Shown here: in pieces, positions 10,470-22,349 of the stretch
Layout of the letters: each line of letters begins with the position of its first letter
Position numbering within the stretch: the stretch's first letter is position 1
Assembly: GCF_044704955.1 (NCBI RefSeq)
Contig: NC_091999.1
Coordinates: 23,312,001 to 23,376,000, forward strand
From: Pristiophorus japonicus
Taxonomy: Eukaryota
DNA length: 64,000 nt
Direction: 5' to 3'
Notes under the pieces: model-generated
Databases searched by the model: none
Seen by the model: the letters and a program-made list of their open reading frames with translations, nothing else
Told to the model about the DNA's origin: nothing
Position numbers and translations under genes: made by a program

Positions 10470-11960
10470 TTCTGGTTGGGTTCAGTTCGACACTCACTGG
10501 TTCTCCTCCCCTTAAGGTACTGACTCTGGCTGGGTTCAGTTCTACACTCACTGGTTCTCCTCCCCTTAAGGTACTGACTCTGGCTGGGTTCAGTTCTACA
10601 CTCACTGGTTCTCCTCCTCTTAAGGTACTGACTCTGGCTGGGTTCAGTTCTACATTCACTGGTTCCCTTCCCCTGAAGGTACTGACTCTGGCTGGGTTCA
10701 GTTCTACACTCACTGGTTCCCCTCCCCTGAAGGTACTGACTCTGGCTGGGTTCAGTTCTACACTCACTGGTTCCCCTCCCCTGAAGCTACTGACTCTGGC
10801 TGGGTTCAGTTCTACACTCACTGGTTCCGTTCCCTTGAAGGTACTGACTCTGGCTGGATTCAGTTCTACACTCACTGGTTCCCCTCCCCTGAAGGTACTG
10901 ACTCTGGCTGGGTTCAGTTCTACACTCACTGGTTCCCCTCCCCTGAAATTACTGACTCTGGCTGGGTTCAGTTCTACACTCACTGGTTCCCCTCCCCTGA
11001 AGGTACTGACTCTGGCTGGGTTCAGTTCTACACTCACTGGTTCCCCTCCCCTGAAGGTACTGACTCTGGCTGGGTTCAGTTCTACACTGACTGGTTCCCT
11101 TCCCCTGAAGGTACTGACTCTCGCTGGGTTCAGTTCTACACTCACTGGTTCCCCTCCCCTGAAGGTACTGACTCTGGCTGGGTTCAGTTCTACACACACT
11201 GGTTCCCCTCCCCTGAAGGTACTGACTCTGGCTGGGTTCAGTTCTACACTCACTGGTTCCCCTCCCCTGAAGGTACTGACTCTGGCTGGGTTCAGTTCTA
11301 CACTCACTGTTTCCCTTCCACTGAAGGTACTGACTCTGGCTGGGTTCAGTTCTAGACTCACTGGTTCCCCTCCCCTTAAGTACTGACTCTGGCTGGGTTC
11401 AGTTCTACACTCACTGGTTCCCCTCCCCTGAAGGTACTGACTCTGGCTGGGTTCAGTTCTACACTCACTGTTTCCCTTCCACTGAAGGTACTGACTCTGG
11501 CTGGGTTCAGTTCTATACTCACTGGTTCCCCTCCCCTTAAGTACTGACTCTGGCTGGGTTCAGTTCCACACTGACTGGTTCCCTTCCCCTGAAGGTACTG
11601 ACTCTGGCTGAGTTCAGTTCTGCACTCACTGGTTCCCTTCCGCTGAAGGTGCTGACTCTGGCTGGGTTCAGTTCTACACTCACTGGTTCCCTTCCCCTAA
11701 AGGTGCTGACTCTGGTTGGGTTGTGTTCTACACTCACTGGTTCCCCTCCCCTGAAGGTGCTTACTCTGGTTCGGTTCAGTTCTGCACTCACTGGTTCCCT
11801 TCCCCTGAAGGTGCTGACTCTGGCTGGGTTCAGTTCTACAATCACTGGTTCCCCTCCCCTGAAGGTGCTGATTCTGGTTGGGTTCAGATTCACACTCACT
11901 GGTTCCCCTCCCCTGAAGGTGCTGATTCTTGTTGGGTTCAGTTCCACACTCACTGGTTCC
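10470..11960. repeat. 54-bp minisatellite, about 28 copies
   Basis: Unit ggttcagttctacactcactggttcccctcccctgaaggtactgactctggctg; gives the 18-aa periodic ORFs on both strands. Confidence 0.97.
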
Positions 11961-11999
11961 CCTCTCTCTCCTCCCCTGATGTTTTTTTTTCTGTTAAGT

Positions 12000-14900
12000 T
12001 AGTATTTAGTCTTTAAATAAAGGTTAATTAAATCAGCGGATTGCTGAGTCGTTGCTGGGTATATTTCTCTAAGATTTAGAGTTTAGTTCTACTTGATAAT
12101 TGCGAGTGTAACTGGAGGGATGACAGGACAGCTCAGTTCCGTGGATTACACATCCTGTGGCATGTGAGCAATCCTGGAAGCTTCGCACAGCCAGGACGAC
12201 CACATGTGCAGGAGGTGTCTCCAGCTGCACCAACTCCAGCTCCGCGGTTTTCAGCTTGAGCGGCGGCTGGAGTCACGGCGGTGCATCCATGAGACTGAGA
12301 GCTACGGGGATCTCACGTTTCTAGAGGTGGTCACCCAGCAGCTTAAGAATGTGCAGGCAGAGGGGGATTGGGTGACCCCTGGACAGAAGAGGAGGACCAG
12401 ACAGGTAGTGCAGGAGTCCCCTGAGTCCATCTCGCTCTCGAACCGGTTCTCTGTTCTGAGTACTGGTGAGGGCGATGGTGGCTCTGGGAGTGAGCCAGAG
12501 CCACATTCACAGCACCTTGGGTGTCTCAGCTGTGCGGGGGGGAGGAAGAAGAATGGAAGAGCTCTAGTGATAGGGGATTCAATAGTCAGGGGAGCAGACA
12601 GGTGTTTCTGCAGCCGCAGACGTGACTCCAGGATGGTATGTTGCCTCGCTGGTGCCAGGATGTCACTGAGCGGCTGCAGGGCATTCTGGGGGGAGAGGGT
12701 GAACGGCCGGAGGTTGTGGTCCACATCGGGACCAATGCCACAGGTAGAAGGAGGGGTGAGGTCCTGCAGGCAGCATTTAAGAAGCTAGGAGAGAGATTAA
12801 AAAGCAGGCTCTCAAAGCTAGTAATCTCCGGATGACTCCCGATGCCACGAGCTCGTGAGTACAGAAATAGGAGGATAGAACAGATGAATACGTGGCTGGA
12901 GAGATGGTGCAGGCGGGAGGGCTTTAGTTTACGGAGGCATTGGGACCGTTTCTGGGGGAGGTGGGACCGGTACATTCTGAACAGATTGCACCTCAACAGA
13001 GCCGGGACCAATATCCTCACGGGGGGGTTGCTAGTGCTGTTGGAGAGAGTTTAAACTCGCTTGGCAGGGCGACGGGAACCTGAAAATAGATTCAGTAGGG
13101 AGGGGAGTAAAGCTGGAATTAGAAAGCAAAATTAAAGAAAGGGAGTTTGAAGGAGAGAGGAAATAAGCAGGAAAAAAGTGTAAAAAAAACAAACTTAAAG
13201 CCACTTTGTCTAAATGCACGTATCATTTATAACAAAATAGATGAGTTGACGGCACAAATAGATACAAATGGGTATGATCTGATAGGCATTACAGAGACAT
13301 GGTTGCAAGGTGACCAGGTCTGGGAATGAAATATTCAGGGGTATTTGACAATCCAGAAGGACAGACAGAAAGGAAAAGGAGGTGGGATAGCTCTATTGAT
13401 AAAGGATGGAATCACTGCAATAAGAAGAAACAATATTGGCTCAAATGATCAGGATGTTGAACCAGTTTGGGTGGAGATAAGGAATAATAAAGGGAAAAAG
13501 TCACTGGTGGATATAGTCTACAGGCCACCTAACAGTAGCAACTGTGTTGGTCGGAGCATAAACCAGGAAATAGTGGGGGCTTGTAAAAAGGGAACAGCAA
13601 TAATCATTAGTGATTTTAACCTCCATATTGATTAGACATATCAAATTGGTCAGGGTAGCATTGAGTAGGAGTTCATAGAGTACAAAAGGGGCGGGTTCAT
13701 TCAGCAGTATGTAACGGAACCAACCAGGGGGCAGGCTATCTCAGATCTGGTCCTGTGTAATGAGATAGGATTAAAAAACAATCTCCAAGTAAAGGATCTC
13801 CTTGGAATGAGTGATCATAGCATGGTTGAATTTCAAATTCAGATGGTGGGTGAGAAAGTTAGCTCTCTAACCAGCGTACTAAGCTTAAATGAAGGAGACT
13901 ATGTAGGTATGAGGGCAGAATTGGCTCAAGTGGACTGGGAAAATAGATTAAAGTGTAGGACGGTTGTTGAACAGTGGTGTACATTTAAGGAGATATTGCA
14001 CAACTCTCGAGAGGAATATATTCCAGTGAGGAGAAAAGGGTGTAAAAGAAAAGATAGCCATCCATGGCTAACTAACGAAATAAAGGACGGTGTCCAATTT
14101 AAAAACGAGGTGAGACAAAGTGGCCAAAACTAGTGGGAGGACAGAAGATTGGGAATCTTTTAAAAGCCAGCAAAGAAAGACTAAAAAAATGAAGAAAGGG
14201 AAGTTAGACTATGAAAGTAAACTAGCACAAAATATAAAAACAGATAGCAAGAGTTTCTATAGGTATATAAAAAGAAAAAGAGTGGCTAAAGTAAATGTTG
14301 CTCCCTTGGAGGACGAGACCGGGAATTAGTAATGGGGAACATGGAGATGGCCGAAACTCTACAAACATTTTGTATCTGTCTTTACGGTAGAGGACACAAA
14401 CAATATCCCAACGGTGGATAGTCAAGGGGCGATACGGCGGGGAGGGGGGGCGGAGGAACCTAATAAAATCACTAAGAAGGTGTTACTCAGTAAGGTAATG
14501 GGACTAAAGGCAGATAAATCCCCTGGACCTGGTGGCTTGCATCCTAGGGTCTTCAGAGAAGTAACGGCAGGGATAGTGAATGCATTGATTGTAAATTTAA
14601 CATAATTCCCTGGATTCAGATTGGAAACCTGCAAATGTAACACCTCTATTTAAAAAAGGAGGCAGACAAAAAACAGGAAGCTATAGACCAATTAGCCTAA
14701 CATCGGTGGTTGGGAAAATGTTGGAGTCCATTATTAAAGAAGCAGTAGCAGGACATTTGGAAAAGCACTTTTTGTGTCAGGCAGAGTCACCACGGATTTA
14801 TGAAGGGGAAGTCATGTTTGACAAATTTGTTGGAATTCTTTGAGGATGCAACAGACAGGGTGGATAAAGGGGAACCATTGGATGTGGTATATTTGGACTT

Positions 14901-15785
14901 CCAGAAGGCATTTGACAAGGTGCCACATAAAAAGTTACTGCACAAGATAAAATATCATGGGGTTGGGGGTAATATATTAGCATGGATAAAGGATTGATAA
15001 GTAAAAGAAAACAGAGTCAGGATAAATGGTTAATTCTCGGGTTGGCAATCAGTAACTAGTGGGGTGTCGCAGGGATCAGTGCTGGGACCCCTACTATTTA
15101 CAATCTATATTAACGATGTGGAAGAAAGAGCCGATGGCAACGTAGCCACATTTGCTGACGATGCAAAGATAGGAGGAAAATCAATGTGTGAGGAGGACAC
15201 AAAAAATCTGCAAAAGGACATAGACAGGCTAAATGAGCGTGCAAAAATTTGGTAGATGGAGTATAATGTTGGAAAGTGTGAGGTCATGTGCTTTGGCAGA
15301 AAAATTCAAAGAGCAAGTTATTAATTAAATGGAGAAAAATTGCAGAGGTTAGTATGCAGGTTCTGCAAGTGATCAGGAAGGCCAATGAAATCTTGGCCTT
15401 TGTTGCAAAGGGGATGGAGTATAAAAGCAGGGAAGTCTTGCTACAGTTATACAGGGTATTGGTGATGGCACACCTGGAATACTGTGTTCAGTTTTGGTTT
15501 CCATATTTACGAAAGGATATACTTGCTTTGGTGGCAGTTTCTTGTCTTGGAGGGTTGTAGTAAATCTGTGGAATTCGCTGCCTCAGAGAGCTGTGGAAGC
15601 TGGGTCATTGAATAAATTTAAGACAGGGATAGGCAGGTTTTTAACCAATAAGGGGTTATGGGGCGAAGACAGGTAAGTGGTCCAGAGTCCATGATCGGAT
15701 CAGCCATGATCGTGTTGCGTTGTGAAGCAGGCTCGAGTATGGCCTGCTCCTGCTCATATTCCTTATGTCTATTTGTTCTTATGTT
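12000..15785 (+). mobile_element. Near full-length decayed CR1 LINE (ORF1 Zn-finger/esterase, ORF2 APE and RT, 3' tail)
   Basis: VIGDSIVRG and VVVHIGTN esterase motifs (12560-12740); CLNAR, ITETW, YRPP and SDH endonuclease motifs; RT motifs; tail near 15760-15785; internal deletions near 15345 and 15540. Confidence 0.93.
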
Positions 15786-15789
15786 TACC

Positions 15790-15875
15790 ACTCCCTCATC
15801 AGACACTTCCAGGGCAAGTACAGCAAGGGTTAGATACAGAGTAAAGCTCCCTCTGCACTGTCCCATCAAATGCTA
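15790..15875. repeat. Short interspersed repeat unit (gggttagatacagagtaaagctccctct family), single copy
   Basis: Recognised as a common elasmobranch repeat motif; not verified by search. Confidence 0.5.
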
Positions 15876-16202
15876 AACCTTGCCCATAATGAGCAGGGCT
15901 CAGGGAGGTTGGTTGCTGGGCACTGCAGTGATGTCATTAAGCTAGTTTGAATAGCTAATAGTTACTCCAAACTAACTTAGGCCAGCATATCTGGCCACAC
16001 AGAAAGACAGGAAAGCACCAAGCACTTAACAAAGCACAAAAATAAGCATTCAATAACAAATAAAAAAATACAAGGAAGCTGAGAGAACCTGCATCAAGCA
16101 CCAAGATTTACAAAGCACGAAACAAAACACAAAAAGTAACAAGCAATTAATTAACAAATAAAAAATAAAAGGAACCCTGCATCGAAAGCACCAAGACCAA
16201 AG

Positions 16203-17783
16203 TAATTGATGGGATTGAAGGCCAATAAACCCCCGGGGCCTGATAGTCTGCATCCCAGATTACTTAAGGAAGTGGCCCTAGAAAGAGTGGATGCATTGGT
16301 GATCATTTTACAACAGTCTATCGACTCTGGATCAGTTCCTATGGCCTGGAGGGTAGCTAATGTAGCACCACTTTTTAAAAAATGAGAGAGAAAACGGGTA
16401 ATTATAGACCAGTTAGCCTGACATCAGTAGTGAGGAAAATGTTGGAATCAATCATTAAGGTTGAGAGAGCAATGGCAGGATCGGACCAAATCAACATGGA
16501 TTTATGAAAGGGAAATCATGCTTGACAAATCTTCTAGAATTTTTTGAGGATGTAACTAGTAGAGTGGACAAGGGAGAACCAGTGTATGTGGTGTATTTGG
16601 ACTTTGAAAAGGCTTTTGACAAGGTCCCACACAAGAGATTCGTGTGCAAAATTAAAGCACATGCTACTGGGGCTAATGTACTGACGTGGATAGAGAACTG
16701 GTTGGCAGACAGGAAGCAGTGAGTCGGGATAAACGAGTCCTTTTCAGAATGGCAAGCAGTGACTAGTGGGGTGCCGAAGAGCTCAGTGCTGGGACCCCAG
16801 CTATTTACATTATACATTAATGATTTAGATGGAGGAATTGTTGTAATATCTCCAAGTCTGCAGATGAAACTAGACTGGGTGGCGGTGTGAGCTGTGTGGA
16901 GGACGCTAAGAGGCTGAAGGGTGACTTAGACAGGTTGGGTAATTGGGCAAACGCATGGCAGATGCAGCATAATGTGGATAAATGTGAGGTTATTCACTTT
17001 AGTGGCAAAAACACAAATGCAGAATATTATCTGAATGGCAGCAGATAAGGAAAAGAGAAAGTGCAACGAGATGGTGTCATGGTACATCAGTCATTGAAAG
17101 ATAGCATGCAGGTCCAGCAGGCGGTGAAGTAGGCCAATGGTGTATTGGCCTTCACAGCAAGGGGATTTGAGTAGAGGGGCAGGGAGGTCTTACTGAAGTT
17201 GTAGAGGTCCTTAGTGAGGTCTCACCTGGAATATTGTGTTCAGTTTTTGTCTCCTAATCTGAGTAAGGACATTCTTGTTATTTAGGGAGTGCAGCGGAGG
17301 TTCACCAGACTGATTCCCAGGATGGCAGGACTGACATATGAGGAGAGACTGGATCGACTGGGCCTGTATTCACTGAAGTTTAGAAGGATGAGAGGGAATC
17401 TCATCGAAACATATATACAATTCTGACGGGTCTGGACAGGTTTGATGCAGGAAGAATGTTCCCGATTTGGGGAAGGCCAGAAATAGGGGACATAGTCTAA
17501 GGATAAGGGGTAAGCCAGTTAGGACTGAGATGAGGAGAAACTTCTTCATTCAGAGTTGTTAAGCTGTGGAATTCCCTGCCTCAGAGAGTTGTTGATGCTA
17601 GTTCATTGGATATATTCAAGAGGGAGTTAGATATGGCCCTTACGGCTAAAGGGATCAAAGGTTATGGAGAGAAACGAGGAAAGGGGTACTGAGGTGAATG
17701 ATCAGCCATGATCTTATTGAATGGTGGTGCAGGCTCGAAGGGCCGAATGGCCTACTCCTGCATCTATTTTCTATGTTTCTATG
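16203..17783 (+). mobile_element. 5'-truncated CR1 LINE
   Basis: RT motifs (ORF 16504..16722), ORF2 C-terminus and ttttctatgtttctatg tail. Confidence 0.93.
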
Positions 17784-18422
17784 TAATAATCAATCAATAA
17801 CAAATAAAAAGGTCGGCGAATCGGTTCTTTCTCACTGTGCAGATCTGCTCCTGGTGATATACCCTCAACCTCCTACTGACTGCAACTCAACTTGCATGTA
17901 TGTGCAGTAAAAACTCAGAGAAAGCTCAGAATCTCTTCAGTCAACTTAAACTGGGGTCTCGAGATCTCTTGCAACCCAAAAAGCAAAATGAAAAATGGAC
18001 CACAATCAATTAATAAATAAATAAACACACAAAAAGTAGAAGTCCTACCTTCAGCGGGCCGCCGATGAGGGAGCCCATTGGGCCAGGGACAGGGGCGGCA
18101 CGCTTCGGGCCCCTCCCACACAGCCTGCAGAGCACACACAGAGATTCTGGGGGCGAGGAGCTACTGCACATGCGTGCACACTCTAGCGTGCATGTGCAGA
18201 GGTCCCGGCACTGTTTTCAGCTCCGGGACATGGCTGCGCTTCCATCGAGGCGAGGCTGAGGAGCGGCCAAACTCGGCCTGAAGACTTTTGGTGCCCTAAT
18301 CGGTATAGAAAAGCGTCGCACCTCTGGTGAGTTCGTCAGAAACCTCTACTGGTCAAATTTGGGGAGCAAGAGTGGGACTGTTTCAAATTTACCAATTTAG
18401 CACTTTGTTCTCACCAATGTGT

Positions 18423-18628
18423 GTGGTCCCTTTAAATCTGCTGCACGGTGTCTCTTCTAGCGGTGGGTGCTGGTGAGTGGTCCCTTTAAATCTGCTGCAC
18501 GGTGTCTCTTCCAGCGGTGGGAGCTAGTGAGCGGTCCCTTTAAATCTGCTGCACGGTGTCTCTTCCAGCGGTGGGAGCTAGTGAGCGGTCCCTTTAAATC
18601 TGCTGCACGGTGTCTCTTCCAGCGGTGG
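18423..18628. repeat. 54-bp tandem repeat, about 4 copies (unrelated to the 10.5 kb array)
   Basis: Unit g(t/c)ggtccctttaaatctgctgcacggtgtctcttccagcggtgggagctagtga; periodic ORF LVSGPFKSAARCLFQRWE. Confidence 0.93.
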
Positions 18629-18682
18629 AATGAACATGGTTCAGTTCTGGATGTAACTAACAGCAGAATCCAAACCCTGCAG

Positions 18683-19670
<988 letters not shown>

Positions 19671-19724
19671 ATTGAATATAAAACAGATAAAAGGGAGTGA
19701 GAGAGAACCCAGAAAAACACACAG

Positions 19725-20280
19725 GCTGATTGTAAAATTGAGCTTAATAAATCGGGGAATTTGTGGTGCGGGCTCTAGAAAAACAGTCACCATGAAAGCT
19801 GCCGGATTGTCACTAAAATCCCAACTGGCGCACTAATGTCCTCCAGCGATATGGGGATCGGGCGGGAGAGTCAAGTTCAGGTCGAAGATCAGCCATGGTC
19901 ATATTGACCGATGGAGAAGGCTCGATGGACCATATTGCTGACTCCTGCTCCTAATCCTTATGATCTGAAGGAAGGGAACCTGCCACCCAACCTGTCCCTC
20001 GGCTTTTACCACCCAGAAGGAAAAGGGCAGCATGTGAATGGGAACACCATCATCTGCAAGTTCCCCTCCAAGTCACACACCATCCGGACTTGGTCCTTCA
20101 TCGTCACTGGGTCAAAATCCTGGAACTGGCTCCCTAACAGCACTGTGGGAGTACCTTCACCACACGGACTGCAGCGGTTCAAGTAGGTGACTCCCCACCA
20201 CCTTCTCCAGTGTAATTAGGAATGGCCAATAAATGCCGGCCTTGGCAGCGACGGCCACAGCCCGGAACACATTTAAAAAT
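19725..20280 (+). mobile_element. Nested SINE fragment, CR1 3' end (19847-19966) and non-LTR retrotransposon 3' end (20000-20280)
   Basis: CR1 3' hairpin and tail; SKSWN.LP C-terminus followed by caataaatgccggccttggcagcgac; family assignment from memory. Confidence 0.6.
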
Positions 20281-20378
20281 CTGTAAATGTTCAATGGATT
20301 AAAAGTCTCTCCAGAAATACTTGTTCCTCAAACACTTTTCCATTGTGTGGACAGGGGGTGCTTAACAATCTAATCTCC

Positions 20379-20670
20379 CCCAGAGCCCACCTCCCCGGGG
20401 GCCCCGCACGGGCCCAGAGCCCACCTCCCCGGGAACCCCGCACGGGCCCAGAGCCCACCTCCCTGCACGGGCCCAGAGCCCACCTCCCCGGAGGCCCCGC
20501 ACGGGCCCAGTGCCTACCTCCCCGGGGGCCCCGCATGGGCCCAGAGCCCACCTCCCCGGGGGCCCCGCACGGGCCCAGAGCCCACCTTCCCGGGGGCTCC
20601 GCACGGGCCCAGAGCCCACCTCCCCGGGGGCCCCGCACGGGCCCAGAGCCCACCTCCTCGGGGGCCCCGC
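20379..20670. repeat. 34-bp GC-rich minisatellite, about 8.5 copies
   Basis: Unit cccagagcccacctccccgggggccccgcacggg. Confidence 0.95.
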
Positions 20671-21330
20671 TCGGGGAAAGGCCGGAGCCGCAGGTTGTTG
20701 TTCGGGGCCTGAGGCCCACAGTGGGTGTGTGTGAAGCGGATAATGCGGAGTGTTGTCTCTCGGGCAGGCAGGGCCTGTGCCCGCACTCGGTGTGTGTGAA
20801 GCCCGCGCCCCCTGGGGTTTATTAACCCGCTCCCTCCCTCCGCCCATCTCTCAGCCGCTGCGTCAGAAACAGCCGCCCTACCGCGCATGATCAGCTCACA
20901 CTGCCCGGGTGATTGACGGCAGCTCCGGGCCAATAGGAAGAGCGGGGGCGGGGCCGGAGGACCGAGTGGGCAATGGGTCATCCAACGAATCAGACTGTGC
21001 TCGGGGCGGGGCTGGAGGACCGAGCGGGCGGAGGGTCCTCCAATCAATCGGAGTGTGCGAGAGGCAGGGCTGAGCCCGGATCTCCCGCACTGAGCATGTG
21101 CGGGCGCCGGCGGCGACAGTTGGTGGAGCCCGGATCATTTCGGTTGTCGGCGCGGGGCTGGAAGTGGAGCCGTGTGTGGGGCTGGTGAGCGTCATAAACA
21201 CCTGGTGTAGGGCCCAGGGCCAATCACAGCCCAGAGGCTGACCCCGGGCTTGACCCGCGGTGACAGGCCCGGGGTCAGCGGGGTCACCGGCCGCCAGCTG
21301 GGATTTGGGAAAGAGGAAAAATGGGAGACA
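20379..21330. promoter_or_regulatory. CpG island, likely bidirectional promoter of ZNF-B (-) and ZNF-C (+)
   Basis: CpG-dense; CCAAT at 20930, 21039 and 21220; GC boxes at 20945 and 21003; plus-strand donor CTG|GTGAGC at 21185; divergent ZNF exons on each side. Confidence 0.72.
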
Positions 21331-21760
21331 TTCGAAAGCAAATGGTGCAATTTGCAGGTGAACACAAAGCTGTGAGGGGCAGGGTCCGTGGCCAATCTGT
21401 TCCAGCATTAATAGCAGTATAGAGTACAACAAGCAAGTTCTGGTCAACCTTCATCACTCACGAGTTCGACTCAGATATTGAGGGTTGGCCTCAATTCTGG
21501 GACATCAATAATAACTTTCAAAACCAGCAATGTTCAAAGGGAACATTTTCTGGTGTTTTGGGGCAGGTGCAGAGAGTGGGTCTTTCAGTGAATTGGACAG
21601 GCTCGATGGGCCGAATGGTCTCATTCTGTGCTGTGTGATTCCCTGAAATGGTGAGAGTCAGGGAGCGAGCGGTCAGGGAGAGCCCATCACCAAAACAGGG
21701 AGATATTACAGATATATAGGGAGGGTCAGAGTGTATAAAGAGGTGACGAGAGCACAGACA

Positions 21761-21893
21761 CCCAGAATCAGTACCTTCAGGGGAGGGGAACCAGTGAGTG
21801 CAGAACTGAACCCAGCCAGAGTCAGTGCTTTCAGGGGAGGGGAACCAGTGAGGGTCGAACTGAACAAAGCCAGAGTCAGTACTTTCAGGGAGG
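21761..21893. repeat. About 2.5 copies of the 54-bp minisatellite, inverted relative to 10470-11960
   Basis: cagtaccttcaggggaggggaaccagtgagtgcagaactgaacccagccagagt. Confidence 0.92.
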
Positions 21894-22036
21894 AGGTACA
21901 GAGGTTTCGTGAGAGTGTTCCAGAGCTTGGGGCCTCGGCAACAGAAGACAAAGCCACCAATAGTTGAGCGATTATAATCAGGGATGCTCAGCAGTGAGTC
22001 ACATTCTGCACTGGGGGAGTCGGGTGGTGGCTTCAG

Positions 22037-22115
22037 GCTTTAAAATTCTCATCCTCTTGTTCAAATCCCTCCAAGGCCTCGCCCCTCCCTATCTCTGTAA
22101 CCTCCTCCAGCCCGC
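22037..22115 (+). mobile_element. L2-type LINE C-terminal fragment (matching 3' end pieces near 25425-25500 and 25675-25710)
   Basis: FKILILLFKSLQGLAPPYLCNLLQP motif typical of the L2 ORF2 C-terminus. Confidence 0.7.
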
Positions 22116-22349
22116 CAATCCTCTTAATAAGGAGAAACAATTTTCAGTGTCAGAAAGTTCAGTAACCAGAGGCACAGATTGAATGTGATTGGTAAATGAA
22201 CCAGATGCTACATGAGGGGACTAATGAAGCAGCGAGATGTTCTGGCCTGGAACGCACTGCTTGTTCGGGTGGTGGAAGCAGATTCACTTGTAACTTTCGA
22301 AAGAGATAAAAATGAGTTGAAAAAAGTTTCAGCGTTATGGGGCAAGAGT

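Noticed and set aside
10470-11960. CRISPR-like array (also 18423-18628, 20379-20670 and 59723-60095)
   Set aside because: The units are contiguous with no unique spacers, there are no cas genes, and the context is vertebrate.
10369-12016. 330-aa and 327-aa repetitive ORFs
   Set aside because: They are by-products of a 54-bp (multiple of 3) minisatellite, are open on both strands, and are broken by duplicated 1-bp deletions.
20291-21447. Pro/Gly/Arg-rich ORFs
   Set aside because: They arise from the GC-rich 34-bp repeat and CpG island, where stops are rare; no domain is recognisable.
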